Assembly (NCBI RefSeq): GCF_009914755.1
Contig: NC_060927.1
Source of the DNA: the human T2T-CHM13v2.0 reference genome, Homo sapiens
Length of the DNA stretch: 64,000 nucleotides
Reading direction: 5' to 3' (one strand)
Position 1 is the first letter of the stretch. The number at the start of each line of letters is the position of its first letter. The translations under genes were made by a program, and so were the position numbers. This document shows positions 35,263 through 51,045 of this stretch, one piece after another. The notes beneath the pieces are model-generated. The model was not told where the DNA came from. It ran no database searches and saw nothing but the letters and a program-made list of their open reading frames with translations.

Positions 35263-36931
35263 AGTTAAATTAAAAACTAAAGTTTGCTTCCAAAGAAATC
35301 AGCCCTCTGTCTCTCTCCTCTTCACCTTTGCTCTTACTCCCTCTCTGTGTGAACAGCATTTGAGTGACACATTTACAGTGGCCACAAGCCTGGATCTGAA
35401 GTTTGAAACAGAGATCCAAGAATGCTAATCATCTCCCTAACCCCACGTACCACGTTGCATCTCCTTTCTCAGGGGAGTGAGGAGGGCCATTGCTGTCAAT
35501 GAGTTGCTTCCCCAAAGCCACACAGAGCTCACTCTCAGCTTGCAACCATCTCCCCTTACAAGTCAAGACTGTTTGTAGATGCCACCCAGCAATCAAAGGA
35601 AAAGCACAAACAAAACTGGTCAGAGTAGAGAGATCTCTGTCCACTTTGACCAGCATTCTGAACAAGCCTCTCTCAAATCTTTGATGAGAGCCAGTAGGTC
35701 ATCTCACTTCAGTGCAAGCCTCTTCCATGCTTGTGGGAGGCTGGCATTGGTGGAAGGGCAACTGAAAAGCCAGCACATAGAGGCAATTGCAGAGAGACGG
35801 CTCCACAGAGATGGCTCTGATCTATCTGCACGAGCAGTAGATGGCTGCTCCTGTGGTTCTGAGCTTTGCTGACCTATGACAAACAGACCTCCTTGGAAAC
35901 ATTCCATAGTAGGCAATGAACATGTCAGCCTCCTCATTTGAGGCTGATGCTAAGAAGCAGCAAGACCACCAGAGGGACAATTGGGGATGTCCCAGTTTGC
36001 TTTCATCTCTAATATAGCTTTGTCTTTAGCAACATCTGGACCCTACAGACTGGTTTTAGGAGCAAAAAGCATAGTTTTCTGAATGTCAAAGGGATGTCCA
36101 TTTATCACCGTCCACTTATACTGGCACTGGTTCCACCAGTAGATATTTGTTGGAGTTTAGCTCTGTGAAGGCATTGTTCTGAGAGCTGCAGGGAGACAAA
36201 GACAAACCAAATTGTACTTAAAGATCTGTCACTTCACTCTTTCCCCAAAGTCCAACCATCCTCAAAGGAAGAAAATAGAAACATTGATTGGTATTTTAAA
36301 GTGATTTTGCTTCCTGCCAGCAGGTCAGTAATAATGAACTTCAGCATCCTGCATTTTTTATTTTATTTTTAGTATTCTTATGTCCTAAAGTTAACATATG
36401 CCTGCATAGCAAAGCTTTGTTCCACAGCTTTATTTTCTTCCAAGGCTGCCGAGGCATTTGTTTTACATTGTTGAGAAGTCACTGCCTGGCTGTTTCCAAA
36501 TTGTTATGTTTTCCTCAATGTACTTTCAAATGTTCTAAAATATAAAAGGCTTGATGGCTTTGGGAAAGCTAAAAGAAACCAAATTCAAACAACATTCTCG
36601 GAGTTAGTTGGCTAGTTTATGAATAATCTTCAGTTTCATAAGATTAAATTAACAAATGAAATTCTGTACAAACCAACTTCTGTACAGAAATTGTGAGCTT
36701 CAAAGGGAGCAGGACATGAGTGACTTAGAGACCCTGTGACTTTTTTTTCTTCTTTCTGCTGTGTCATGATAGTAGCAGTGTTTGAAAAAAAATCTTAAAG
36801 CTAAATTGTAACAAAAATCAGTCTCTGGAGGGTGGTGCTAAAGGGCTCTAGAGCTGGCTAGGAGAGCTAAGAAGATAATTTGTCCCTCTCCGATAAGATG
36901 TAAATAAATAATTTTTTAAAATATGACTGTC

Positions 36932-37206
36932 AGGCCAGGTCTGGTGGCTCACGCCTATAATCCCAGCACTTTGGGAGGCTGAGGCAGGCAGATCACCTGA
37001 GGTCAGGAGTTCGAGATAAGCCTGGCCAACACAGTGAAATCCTGTCTCTACCAAAAATACAAAAATTAGCCAGGCATGGTGGTGCATGCCTGTAATCCTG
37101 GCTACTTGAGAAGCTGAGGCACAAGAATCGCTTGAACCCAGGAAATGGAGCTGAGATTGCACCACTGCACTCCAGCCTGGGTGACAGAGCAAGACTCCAT
37201 CTCAAG

Positions 37207-37278
<72 letters not shown>
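36932..37278 (+). mobile_element. AluS with A-tail and (AT)n microsatellite
   Basis: gatcacctgaggtcaggagttcgag, about 30 A, then about 20 AT units. TSD remnant tgactgtc. Confidence 0.92.
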
Positions 37279-37284
<6 letters not shown>

Positions 37285-37373
37285 GTCCTCAGAGGCCCCC
37301 TAAATTCCTCTTGTGAAGAGGATAGAGCCAGTTAGACTGAAGCTGGGTCACGTGGCCCTTTGAAAGAGGCATT

Positions 37374-37540
37374 CAGTGTGGTATGCTAGTAAATGTTTAA
37401 CAACCAAGTCAGAACTGGACCCTGATTTGAAGCGTTTGCCAGTTCCATGGAGTAAAACTCCTGTGGTGATCCATTTCATGCCACCAGTGTGATAACCATG
37501 AGACTCTCACCAGCCCACAAAGATGCTTTAGCACACCAAT
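37374..37540. mobile_element. MER63-like hAT MITE
   Basis: cagtgtggtatgctagtaaatgtttaacaacc ... tttagcacacca. Confidence 0.55.
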
Positions 37541-37544
37541 GAAT

Positions 37545-37790
37545 AAAGCACAATGCTTAAGAGCACGAGCTCTGGAGGCAACGCCTGTGATTCACAGCCC
37601 CAGCTCCACCATGTATTAACTATGGGGCCTCAAACAGAGCTACTGATTCTCTCCGGGCTTCAGATTCCTCTCTGAAAAATTGGTCTATCATAGGATTAAT
37701 TTGGGGAATAAATGAGATGGTATCTATAAAGTCCTTAAAAACATTACATGGTAAGTGATCAGGAAGCATTAGCTATTTAGAGTGTGTTAT
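37545..37790 (+). mobile_element. MIR
   Basis: ttaagagcacgagctctggagg...cagctccacc...cttcagattcctc...aaatgagat. Confidence 0.65.
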
Positions 37791-38361
37791 TGTTATTATT
37801 GTTGTTTTTGTTCTTGTTATTTCTGTAACCTAAGTGGAAGAATGATTGTGACTCACTTTAAAAAGAGAGTCAGGATACATATTATAAAAACAATTAATTT
37901 TGCAGCAGTGGAAACAGTATTTAACTTGTACCTAAGTAGTGCATCCCTCCATAGTGCATCCCATTCTCTAAAACTAATATTTAAAACACCTGTAGAAAGA
38001 GCTAGCGTTTTATTGAAAGTTTTAAGTGACAGGATATGGACAGGCATTCTGATTTCTCTTTGTTGCCTATTCCTGGGAAGAAGCCTGGCTGTGGCCTTTG
38101 CTTCTAGACATTCATGAATATTCAATACTCACTGGATACCTACCATCACCAAGCCTGAGCCTGCTATAGACACCTGAAGGGAGGTACAGTGCCCACGAGT
38201 GGACATAGCTTCTCTGAAGTTAGCCAAACAGCCAAGACAGCAATCACTGGGTCCTTATGTGTCATGCAAATTCTACCTAAGCTCTCTTACACCAAAGTAT
38301 CTGCTCAATTGACCACAGATATAACATTGTTCATCCCATGCTCTTTCTTCTTTCCTCCAAG

Positions 38362-38440
38362 ACTTCAGATCTTGTGGAGGTTCCTGAGGAAGCCAATGGG
38401 CCAGGAGGCGGGTATGACCTAAGGAAACGCAGCAACAGCG
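38362..38440 (+). CDS. STAC: STAC coding exon (probable exon 6, 79 bp): TSDLVEVPEEANGPGGGYDLRKRSNS(V)
   Basis: Acceptor tttcctccaag|ACT and donor AGCG|gtgagt. Phase 0 to 1. Confidence 0.94.
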
Positions 38441-39079
38441 GTGAGTGAGGGAGTTGGCACAGCACAAATGTGATCACATGAGTCAGGGTCAGTGGGCAGG
38501 CCAAGTTGATTTCCAGTCCCCTTGCTTTCTCTGCTAGCTCTGGAATTTAATCAGGGCGAGTGTTCAATGTTCTGGAGAGAATGTGAGCATTGTTTCTGGT
38601 GGATTTCAGTGATTTGCTCTAATATGTTCCTGAGTTCTATATCCTGAGTTCTCATACTTTATGAGAGTATATTTACTCTTATGAGAGTATATATACATAT
38701 ATATATATATAAACTGAGCTGTATTGGGGTTTAAGAGTCGCTTCCAGAACTTTTTGTGAATACGTCATTTTCTCCACTGAGCTAGATTAGATTACATTAG
38801 CAAACCGTACCACAGAGAAGCTAATTTGTGCTACACCTTAGGTACCTGAAACCAAGTGGTGGTGGGGCCCAGGAGAGAAGTGTGGGCCTCACATTTGGCT
38901 CCTTCCCCAGCAGAGACAACTAAGAAGCTCAAAAAACTGATATGTACAATCCAGCCAAACATTCTATATTAAAATTATTTAATCTAATAATTTAAGCCTT
39001 TGTTATAATAATTTCTAAAGTATTTATTAAATGCTAACTTCATACTTCCACTTGCTGACATTAAGAAAGAGCCACCTCT

Positions 39080-39473
<394 letters not shown>

Positions 39474-40499
39474 CTACTTAACCTTCACTAGTTTATCAAA
39501 AAATATTTATGAAGCATTTACTATCATTAGCAAAAGTGTATTAGTCAAAGTCCTGCAGGACCTGAGTTGCATTGTTAACTTGAGCTGAATGCATTCTCAT
39601 GGCAGAAGTTATCCCTCCAAACTCCACTCCAAGCCCTGCCTTTTCCAGCCTGGATGCAGAAATTCCTCATTCGATACCACATAGCAGTTTTGTCAACAGC
39701 TGTCTGATGAGGTATCACTTTTACTTCCTTCACTCTGGGAATTCATTTATGGCTCTTCTTTAGTTAGGACTATGCCTGTGTGATTCCCACAAGGCACCAT
39801 GTGCTCAGCTGCCCCAGGATTTTCCTTCCTAAATAAGTGCCAGTGTTCACCATGCCCCCCCTTGCCAGACCCACACACATCTGCTAAAGCTCACCACTGG
39901 GGTAAGGATTCTTTGGCATCACATGAGGGAAACTGTACTTTTAGATAATGCAAACAACCACTGAGCACTTAGCAGTGCCATTAGAGAGACAAATTAGAGG
40001 GTATTGGCTTCGAGGGGAACTTCATAGCAGGTCAGCAGCACAGCAGGGCCATCCCAGCCCAACTGTCTGGCACTGCAAGACCAGCAACTGAATTTAAACA
40101 GCAACCCTAAAGTTTCTCAATATCTGACTCACCAGAGACTTGCATGATAATGCTTTAAGTGTGATCAGCTGCTCAGTCCTGAGTCTGACCTCTGCTTTCC
40201 CCTTTCCCCTGACACTCTTCTCATCAACATCACTGCTGGCCTTCTCCTCACTAACTGCGCTGGAAACATTTGGTCCTTGGCCCATTGTTGCTCTGGAAGC
40301 AGAGTGCTAGACTTCACTTAATGCTCATGTGATCCCAAAGCAGTGACCTAGCCTCTCTCTGCTTCAATCACCTCATCTCTAAAATGAAGATAATAACACC
40401 AAATCCATAGGGTTCTTATGATCTTTGGATGAGATAATGAATGTAAATACTATCCATACATTGATGATTCAAACTTCATCTTCAGTATTAGGCTTCCTT

Positions 40500-40830
40500 G
40501 CTGCCTCCAGATGCCTATCACCTATTGGACATTGCCATCTGAATGCAGAATAGTCATCTTTAAGTTAACCTACCCAAACTTTACTCTTGATCCCCTCACC
40601 CAGCCACACATTCAGACTGGCTCTTCCCACAGTTGTCTCTGCTCAGTAAATAGGAACTTCATTCAACCAGTTGATTAGGCCAAAGTCTTTGACATCAGCC
40701 CTGACTCCCTCTTCCTCTCACACCTCAGACGTAATCCATCAGCAAACTCTATCTGCTGCTTCTCAAAATTATGCCCAGCATGTGCTCACTGCTTAACTCT
40801 CTGCCTCAGCCATCCTGGCCTGGCTCTGTC
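40500..40830 (+). mobile_element. L2 fragment, preceded by a MIR at about 40290-40460
   Basis: ctcagtaaataggaacttcattcaaccagttg..aggccaaagtc...tgactccctcttcctctcacacc...aatccatcagcaaa. Confidence 0.65.
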
Positions 40831-42904
40831 TATGCTGTTGCTCACCAATTCCTTGAGGAGTTAGAACACAATTTACACTGAGGGTTTCTTCTCTCAAAAG
40901 GTGGTCTTAATAGGATTTTAAAATAGGAAGGGCTATATTTAGCAATCATTGCTATGTAGCATCACTGCTATTAGCAAAGCCATCATACAGTCATAAAGTG
41001 TCAGAGATGCAGGTAGAGCCTCACTACCCTAAATGTGGCTCATGGACAACTCACGTGAGCATCACTTGAAAGCCTGTTAGAAATAGCAAGTTTCAGGCCA
41101 TTCCACACCTGCTGAATCAGGATCTGCATATGAATCTGTGGTTCATAGGCTCATTAAAGTTTAAGAAGTAGGACTAGAGGTCACTTAGTCCAATTCCCTC
41201 CCCTTCAATACACACACATGCACACAATATCCCCCGTATAGATAAGGAAACTAAGTCACAGAGTAGTACACACAAAGACATCAAGTTGACAATTTTCCAT
41301 CTCTTCTGTGTTAAGGGGCATTTTCACAGCCTTTCTCAAAGAGATCTGGTGAAAGAACTGAGCAAGCAATAAACTCCCAAAAAGTGTTGGAGATGTATTA
41401 ACAACTCTTTTGATCAGCAATAGCTTTCTCTACAATGCACCCTGAGAAGCTAGGTGGATTAATTATGCAGCAATTTGCTTCAAAACACTTTCCCTTGATT
41501 GGCTTTAATGTCCTGTCCATGCAGTTTGAGAAACAACATGGAGAAAACACCCTACATATGTGGTCCAAGTTCCCACAGATCTTCTCACTCATGCAAGGAG
41601 GGTGTTGCTGTTCAGAAGCAGTGTCTAGGATTACAGTCACAACCAGTTCTGCATTACATGTTCATTTATGTCTTAAAAAATGCAGTGCATACAGGTGTCA
41701 TTTCTTCCAGCCAGCTATTATGTCAAATTCCTTGAGGAATATCTCCAAAGCCACCTTGGAAGGAAGTACAATTCATACTAATTTCTTTACTGCTAAGAGT
41801 ACAGTCTCTCCTTTCTCTCTTATAAATGATCCTTGGCAGGTCTGAGTATTTATGGTTGTTGTTTTGAACACTATTCCTGGATGCATCATAAATATACATG
41901 GAGGAAATTGTTGGTCTTCACCTTTGGCTTAACTGCTAGAAGCTTCACTCATAACAAAGTAACAAGCAAAGAGAGAAGTAAAATCTCGCCTGAAGTAAAA
42001 TCTGGCCTGCCTATTTCAGCTCCAAATGCCAAATAATAATGTTATTGGCTGCCTTCAGTAATTGCATTTCAGAATGACTCTGTGTGATCATAATTTTCCT
42101 GGAAGAGAGACAGAAGAGGACATAAGCAATACAAATTCCTAGAATTTTCTTCAAAAAGGGCTGGGTTAACCACAGCCACTTAAGGATATTACAAAATCGA
42201 ATATTACCTCACTTTGCACTAAAGCAATTTTATTCTAAAAAAAAAAAGGCAAGCTCAGATCTGGAAAATATATCCTAGCCTTTAGCATGTACTAATTCAA
42301 TATCTCAAATTTTAAGGTGTCAAAAAGAGCAGATATTTTCCTGGTTAAGTTGGCAGATGCCCCTGGTTTTGGTACCACTCCAGTGGATATTTCTACATTA
42401 CAGATGCAAATATTTGTGGTATGTTTCTGCAACACATGCTTTGTATCAAGTTCAGGTAAAGATCTTTTTAAAGTTGAACAGAAGATTCCCTTTCCAGCAT
42501 TGTGGAGAACTGGACATTCAGAGGAATTTTTCCCAGTTTAGCACTCCTAAAACTGTTAAGAGAAAGAATTGTTCTAAAAAAAATTCTAGTTAATGCATGG
42601 CTGAGCTGGCAGCAAAATAAGGCAATTCCTTAGAGTCTAGGAATGGCAATAAAACATGAATTCAGAGATACAAGCAGGTAAAGGATTTACTATGCACATC
42701 CCTAGAGCCTTAGCTTGGGAAATAATAGGCCCCATTTATGAACAATAGACAATAAAATGGGGAGTGGCCAGGGTATTAGGTTGGATGAAAGACCCTTTTG
42801 AAACATATTAATACCCCAAAAGATACCCTTAGGATCACTGGACAAACAGGATTCCCTGCAGAGGAATATGCTATACCAGCCTTAACTCAGGTGGAAAAGA
42901 ATGG

Positions 42905-43005
42905 AAACAAAAAAGTGGAGAGGAAAGGAAAGAAAGAAAGAAAGACAGGCAGAAAAAAGGAAGGGAGGGAGAGAAGAAAGGAAAGAAAGGAGGAAAGAAA
43001 GAAAC
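42905..43005. repeat. Polypurine (GAAA/GGAA) low-complexity tract
   Basis: gaaaggaaagaaagaaagaaag...ggaaagaaaggaggaaagaaagaaa. Confidence 0.85.
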
Positions 43006-43682
43006 AGTCTTCTTACTTGGATTTTAGGGCCTGAATTCATACTACCTGTATGGGCAAATAATATAATAATATGAAATTTTAGTTTAATGTAGTTTAAAGT
43101 GGCCCAGGTACAGTAAGATCACCAGGCATTTGGCAGAAACAAATATAAACCCTCTCTAGAGGAAGAAAATTTTAAACCAGACCTCAAAAACTTCTCAGAA
43201 ATGAACACTCAAAGAACACAAGCTAACAATCAAAATTCACCAAACACATGAGAAAATGAGCCGTGATGAGTAAGTATTAGCAGAAACAACCAACTTTATG
43301 GTCAGATTTTCAAGACTGTACATGTAAGAATTATCAAATTAAGAAATATATAACTATATAATTGTATACATTTAAAATGTTAAAAATGGACCATAAAACA
43401 TAACAAAGGAAAAAGAGACTATCAGAAGTAAACAGGCAAGCTTGAGGAAAGTCAAATAGAACTTCGAGAATTTTTTTTAAGTAGAAATTTGATTGATGGG
43501 TTTAACAACATATTAGGCATAAAGAGAGAATTAGTTCCCTAAAATATAGAACCAAAGAAATGTTAGGGTATAGTTAGGAAGCCAAAGCAGTAGAATTTGT
43601 GAGATTAAAAGTGACATGAAAGATGAATAAGTCCAACATGCATCTAAGTGACAATTTAGAAGTACATAAAGAGAGAATGGGG

Positions 43683-44058
<376 letters not shown>

Positions 44059-45442
44059 TCAAATTTAGAAATCTATACCTAGACGTAGGTTGCTGAAACT
44101 GCAGAATTTCAAAGATAAAAGAAAACATAAAATGCAGTATAAAAGACTGATTACCTACAAAGAAATGAAAATTAGACTGTTACTTCTTACAAATTACAGT
44201 ATAAGTGAAATAACAGTAGAATGCTATCTTGAGTTTGCTGAAAGAGAAGTGATTCTTAACCTAGAATTGTAAATGAAGCAAAACTATCTTTCAATAATAT
44301 ATTTTTCAGACAAAAATTGTATTTACAGTTCAATTAAGAAAGACCTATATTCAAAACATTTTAAAAAGATGTACTTCAAAGAGGAAAATATGACCTCAAT
44401 GGAAAGACGGAAATGTAAGAAGAAATAAAGAGCAAAGAAAGTGGTAAACATGTGGTTAAATCTAAGCAAACACTGGACACATTTTTTAAAATAATGTTTT
44501 TAAAAAGTTGTTAATAAAACATTAGCTGAAATACTGACTTTATGTGGGAAATGGGCATTCAGAGATTATGTATTGCTTGGGAGGCGATTAAATATACTAT
44601 TTCACTTTCTATTTTGTTAAAACATATCTCATAAAATTTCTAAGATGACTGCTAAAGGAATAAAAATAGACTCAACTTACCAAACCAGAAAGGGAACCAA
44701 ACTGAAAGATGAGAAGGAGAAAAAAATCAATCAATTCAAAAGAAAGAAGGGATGGAAAGTGGCAAAATAGAAGAAAAAGCATAGAAAATTTGGGACAAAT
44801 ACAAAATAAAATGTTAGGAAGGAATCCCAATTTATCAGTAATCAAAATAAATGTAAACTGATTTAAGCACTCTAGATAAAAGAAAGATTTTCAGACTAGA
44901 TTTTTTAAATGACCTATATACTATTTATAAATATCTAAAACATAAGGATGTAGAAAATTTAAAAAAACAAAAGTTTTTTTTTAACTTTCTGCAGGGGGAA
45001 GAAAGAAAAACATAGGCAGAATAAATAACTTTTCAGACATAGAAACCAAGGGGCAACCACAGGCAAATATTAAGCAAAAAAAAATATATAGCTGTATTAA
45101 TGTGTGAAAAATTGACTTTAAGACCAAGAAAGCATTACTAGAATTTAAAAGTGTTATTTACATGGTCATGTTCACTTCATCTGAAGATATAAATTCTAAA
45201 CTTGCATATACCTGATACATAGCCTGAAAAATGATAGAAACTCAAGGAGAAATTGACAAAATTATTCCAAATTCTTGAGTGATTTTAAGATGCCTCTCAG
45301 TTATTGGCAAACCAGATAGACAAAAATATTCTGTACAGATATAGAGGATTTGATGACACATTTGACAATCCTAATCTAATTTACCTAAAAAGGACACTCC
45401 ATGTAACAAGTAGAAGATGCACATTCCTTTTAAGAACACATG

Positions 45443-45822
45443 TGGTACATATACACCATGGAATACTATGCAGCCATAAAAATGAATGAGATCATGTCCT
45501 TTGCAGGAACATGGATGGAGCTAGAAGCCATTATCCTAAACAAACCAATGCAGAAACAGAAAACCAAACACTGCATGTTCTCACTTATAAGTAGGAGCTG
45601 AACAATGAGAACACATGGACCCAGGGAGGGGAACAACACACACTGGGGCCCGTCAGGCGAAGGAGGTAGGGGAGGGAGAGTATTAGGAAAAATAGCTAAT
45701 GCATGCTGGGCTTAATGCCTAGATGATGGGTTGATAGATACAGCAAACCACCATGGCACATGTTTACATGTGTAACAAACCTGCACATGTACCCCAGAAT
45801 TAAAATTAAAATTAATTTTAAA
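45443..45822 (+). mobile_element. 5'-truncated L1PA (L1PA8-11-like) 3' end
   Basis: ggaatactatgcagccataaa...aaaaatagctaatgcatgctgggcttaat...gtaacaaacctgcacatgtacccc. TSD aagaacacatg at 45432-45442 and 45823-45833. Confidence 0.88.
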
Positions 45823-45904
45823 AAGAACACATGGAATTATTTAAAATACTGATCACCCACTAGGTCATAAAGCCAATTTCATGAATTTCAAATAATTATT
45901 ATTA

Positions 45905-46323
<419 letters not shown>

Positions 46324-48546
46324 TCATATGTTAAAGGGATTCATAATAAAGACTGGAATATATTTAAAGCTAAATAAGAATGAAAACATATCAAAACAAC
46401 ACGTATCCAAAGTGCTAAAGTTGGGATTTGAGTATTTAGCTTTAAAATGAGTGTTAAAAAAATAAGAAAGTCTGAAAAGTAATATCTAAACACTATACTT
46501 AAGGAAAATAAAATAGAATAAACTCAGAAAAGCAGAAGGCAATAATAAAGACAAGAGCAGAAATTATTAAATTACAAAGATAGATCAATAAATCTTGAGT
46601 GTTTTTTAAACAAAACTACAATCTCTAATGATTTTTTAAGATAAAAGAGATGAAACAAAAATAAATACAAAAAAGAGAAACATAACAGAGATTGAAAAGA
46701 AAACCAAAGAATTTTATAACCAACTTCATGCCAATGTACTTTAAAACATTTTTAAATAGGCAGATATAAAGATAGATATCAACGATTAAAGCCTGACTCA
46801 AGAATAAATAGAAATAGGAAACATGAATTTTCTTATAATATTTATAGAAGCTGAATCAATATTTTAAATTTTGCACAATGACAATACTAGGCCTGAAAAA
46901 CTTTATAAGTAAATTCTACGAAACATTTAAGGAAGAGAAAATTTTCAGATTACATAAGCTCTTTCAGAGAAACAAGAAGTAGCAAGGAGGAAGGACAGCA
47001 GCATTCTCCAACTCAGTTTATGAGGCTAGAAATATACTGACTTGAAACCCAAACAAGGATATCATGAAAAAGGAAAATCACTGGCCAGTCTTTCTCTTGA
47101 ATACAGATGCAGAAATCTCAAGCAAAATCTCAGTAAGAACCCATAAAGTATTTTTAAAAGACATTGTGTAATTACCCAGTTGAACTTATTCCAGGGATGC
47201 AAATTTGGATTCACATCAGATAATCCAGTAATGTAACTTGCTGCATTACTAGGTTAAAAAAATAATAATCTAACTAAAAAACACAGTGGTCTTGGGCCTC
47301 ACAGGTCTGCAAGGTAAAAAACAAAAGACAGCATATAGGATAGGAAAAGAAGAAAGTTCTTTGGGGATGTGGTAAGAACTAAAGGTTCATTTTGCTTCTG
47401 TAACATTAGAAACTATGCCTACATAATAGACATATTCTTTGAATTCTTGTTATGGGTGAAATAAACGACCAAGTTATTTTTCATGAAATAATTTAAAGCA
47501 CCAAAAATAAAAGGTGTATGATATGTTTTCGGTAGTTACCTTTCTTTTCTCCGCTTTCATTAACTCAAAGTCTTATAAATGGTTGGAATAGGTTTAAAAA
47601 TTATTTTTGCAACCTTCCATTTCTTCTTGCAACCATACATGAAAACATATATAGGGTCACTTCAAATATTTTTCAGCAAAGTTTACAAAGATGATACACA
47701 TTTTGAGCCAGATGGCCAGAGGGAGATTCAATACAAAAATTAAAACAATGTGAAATTACAAAATTGTAAAATCAATCCACACTGAACATTGTATATGCAC
47801 TTTATGTAGACGCCCTTTTAGGCCAAATCAAGAATTTTCTAGGAAGATTCTCTTTACATTTCCATTCAAATATTTAATATTCTTTCAGAGGTGTCCAGTT
47901 TTATACTTAGGGAATCAAGTGTTTACAGCAGGATTTCAGACAGTCATACATTACCAGAAAAAGGTTTTGCTAATCTCTACTCTTTTTAGACTGGTAGACA
48001 TCAAGTTGAGTGGCCAAATATTGAGGCAGACAAGATTCATAGAACCGGGCCTTCGTTTTCTGGTTACTTACAAACCAGAGCTCCACCAATGACTGCATAT
48101 TGGCTTCCTAGGGATAATGGAATTGCATCCATAAACTCTGGAACTATAAGCCAAGAAGAATAGATATTTGATAAGCATCAGTACATTTACAGAGGCTCTT
48201 GTTCTGAAGCACGTTTTCTATATCACTGTTGTTGAGGCTATTTTAAGAACAGTAAAGACTGTCAGTGCACTAATGAAATAGGTTATAGAGCTTTCTGTGG
48301 TGATCCCCTCCCTCTACTGACATTTCTTTGATAATCTGAAGGGAAATCAAAGAGAAGAATAAAGCAGCAATGTATAATCTAAAAATTTCAAGTCATCAAA
48401 ATGGTAGAGTAATTTAAAGAACAAAGCTTTATTATATAAACTTGGAAATATTTACCACATTTTTGTTTAAGGAAAATACATATGATGAGAATGATAAAGC
48501 TATGACATAAGTTATGGATGTAGGTTAGGCTGACCAAACTAGATAA

Positions 48547-48998
<452 letters not shown>

Positions 48999-49603
48999 TA
49001 AATACAAAAGGAAGAAAATTATACTTCCCAAGAATAAACTAAAAGAAAAACCAAATAGTAGCCCCAATGCACTGACAATAAGAAATCAAGGAAATATTTT
49101 GAAGTTTAAAACTAAAGCTTTAATCTTCAAAATATAATGTAGATATCTTCAAGAAACTACAATCAAGATACCGAATATAGATTAAAGAATCATATTTAGA
49201 AGAGGCAGCTCAAATACAACTAAATTGGACTATATCTCAACCACCACCCCATTAACAAGCGGTTTGATGCATTCAACAAGGACAAATGCTCCTGAGAGGT
49301 ACACTACCAAATGAGATCAAATATGAACACACTACTGCCAATCATTACAAGAGGCAAGTGCTAGTCAGGCATGTACAAAAGTTGTGGGAGCACAGAGAAG
49401 GTGGTGCAGAATGCTGCATGGGGAGGCAGGAGAAGAGACATGTGGAAGACCACCTGAACGCTGGGTCACAGAGGGTGAGGAAAAGGCAATAAGTAGTAAA
49501 GTAGAAGCTATGGTACTTAGAATAAATAAAGCCATCTTTCAGGAATATTTGTTTAAATGGTAACTAGATTCATAGAGCACCTGCTTTCTCTTGTCTCCTT
49601 CAG

Positions 49604-49668
49604 TGTTTACATATCCAGAAAATGGCACTGATGATTTCAGAGATCCAGCGAAGAACATAAACCACCAG
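49604..49668 (+). CDS. STAC: STAC coding exon (probable exon 7, 65 bp): (V)FTYPENGTDDFRDPAKNINHQ
   Basis: Acceptor tctccttcag|TG and donor CAG|gtattt. Phase 1 to 0. Too short to appear in the ORF track. Confidence 0.94.
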
Positions 49669-49879
49669 GTATTTATGGATGTCACAGAAGACAAGTCAGA
49701 CAGGAGTCCTTAGATAGACCTGCAGGTCACCATCCAAGTGGGTCATGAAATCAATTTAGTGAGTCCAGACCAGCATCTTTAGAGAATAGAATAATATAGC
49801 ACAACGTACCATAGCATGGAATAAACAGAACTAGCACAGTGCATAAAAGGTAAAAAGAGTAAGCATTGCACTGTGCACC

Positions 49880-50220
49880 TTTTGTTTCTGTTATATAATG
49901 TGTAGATTATAGAATTATATAATATATTATCACTGTATTTTATAGCATATATGTCATATTTTATGTTCATTTACATATCTAAAATTTAGACAAACTAGAA
50001 TAATATTATATAATGTACCTGAGCTTTGAAGAGCAGAGTGAATTATAGATAAAAAGATATATATAGTTGTGTACAGCTTTTGTGTATGTTTTCTATAAAT
50101 TTATAGCATGTATTTATATTAGTATATAGTTAGATATATGATGCAACTATATATGAGATAATATATAATTTTAACTTGTTTATTATAAAGCATAAATGTT
50201 TTTATAGCATTAACATTTAT
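49880..50220. repeat. AT-rich low-complexity region
   Basis: Dense tatat/ataat words, seen directly. Confidence 0.6.
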
Positions 50221-50956
50221 TTGGTTAGTAATAATAGCTAATATTTATATGATGCTTACAAGAGTCTTTTATCATCTGTAAATTGGGGACAAAAACAGAA
50301 TCTACCTAACGGAGTTGTTGTTAAGTTCAAGTATGCTAATGCATGTAACATAATGCCTAGCACACAACAAACTATCAAAACAGCAGCTTGTATTGTCATT
50401 ATTGCAAGGTTTCATTGCCAATAGATGGTGGTACCCTGATGTAAACTAAATCAGTCTCATGCCAAAACCTATGCTTTTTTCTCAACATAAATGAACTAAT
50501 TGCCAGATGAATATACCTGGTTCCCTTTGATATACTAGATACCAACTTTTCGGCTAACTGATAAAACAGTTAATTTTAGGAAGTGAGAGTTATACACTAC
50601 TATTCATGTGTCCCTCTTTCTTTAGAAAGAATATTCCCATTTCTGAAGTCTAACTTGTACCATTTTTCATGAACAACTATATTATCAAAGAAAATTTATT
50701 TGAAGAAAATTGCAATATTTCTGACAAAGAGTTCCAAATAATTGTTTTCAAATTGTTTATAGTGAAACCAACCTCGGTTAAGAAATTAAAAATAAATGCA
50801 AAGTTGACAGAAAATCTTTAATAATGGTTAGATAACACTTACGATCCATACGCTGAAATTACATTGCAATGACTTCTCCATTTCCTGTTTTCTTTCTTTC
50901 CTCTCTCAATTTATTTCACCTTTCTTTTCTCATTTTTCTTTTATTTTCTCTTTCAG

Positions 50957-51045
50957 GGATCTCTTTCCAAAGACCCATTACAGATGAACACCTATGTTGC
51001 CTTGTACAAATTTGTACCACAGGAGAATGAAGATTTGGAAATGAG
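50957..51045 (+). CDS. STAC: STAC coding exon (probable exon 8, 89 bp): GSLSKDPLQMNTYVALYKFVPQENEDLEM(R), start of the first SH3 domain
   Basis: About 75-nt pyrimidine tract with tttcag|GGA and donor AG|gtaaaa. The YVALYKF..QENEDL motif is the SH3 N-terminus. Phase 0 to 2. Confidence 0.95.
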
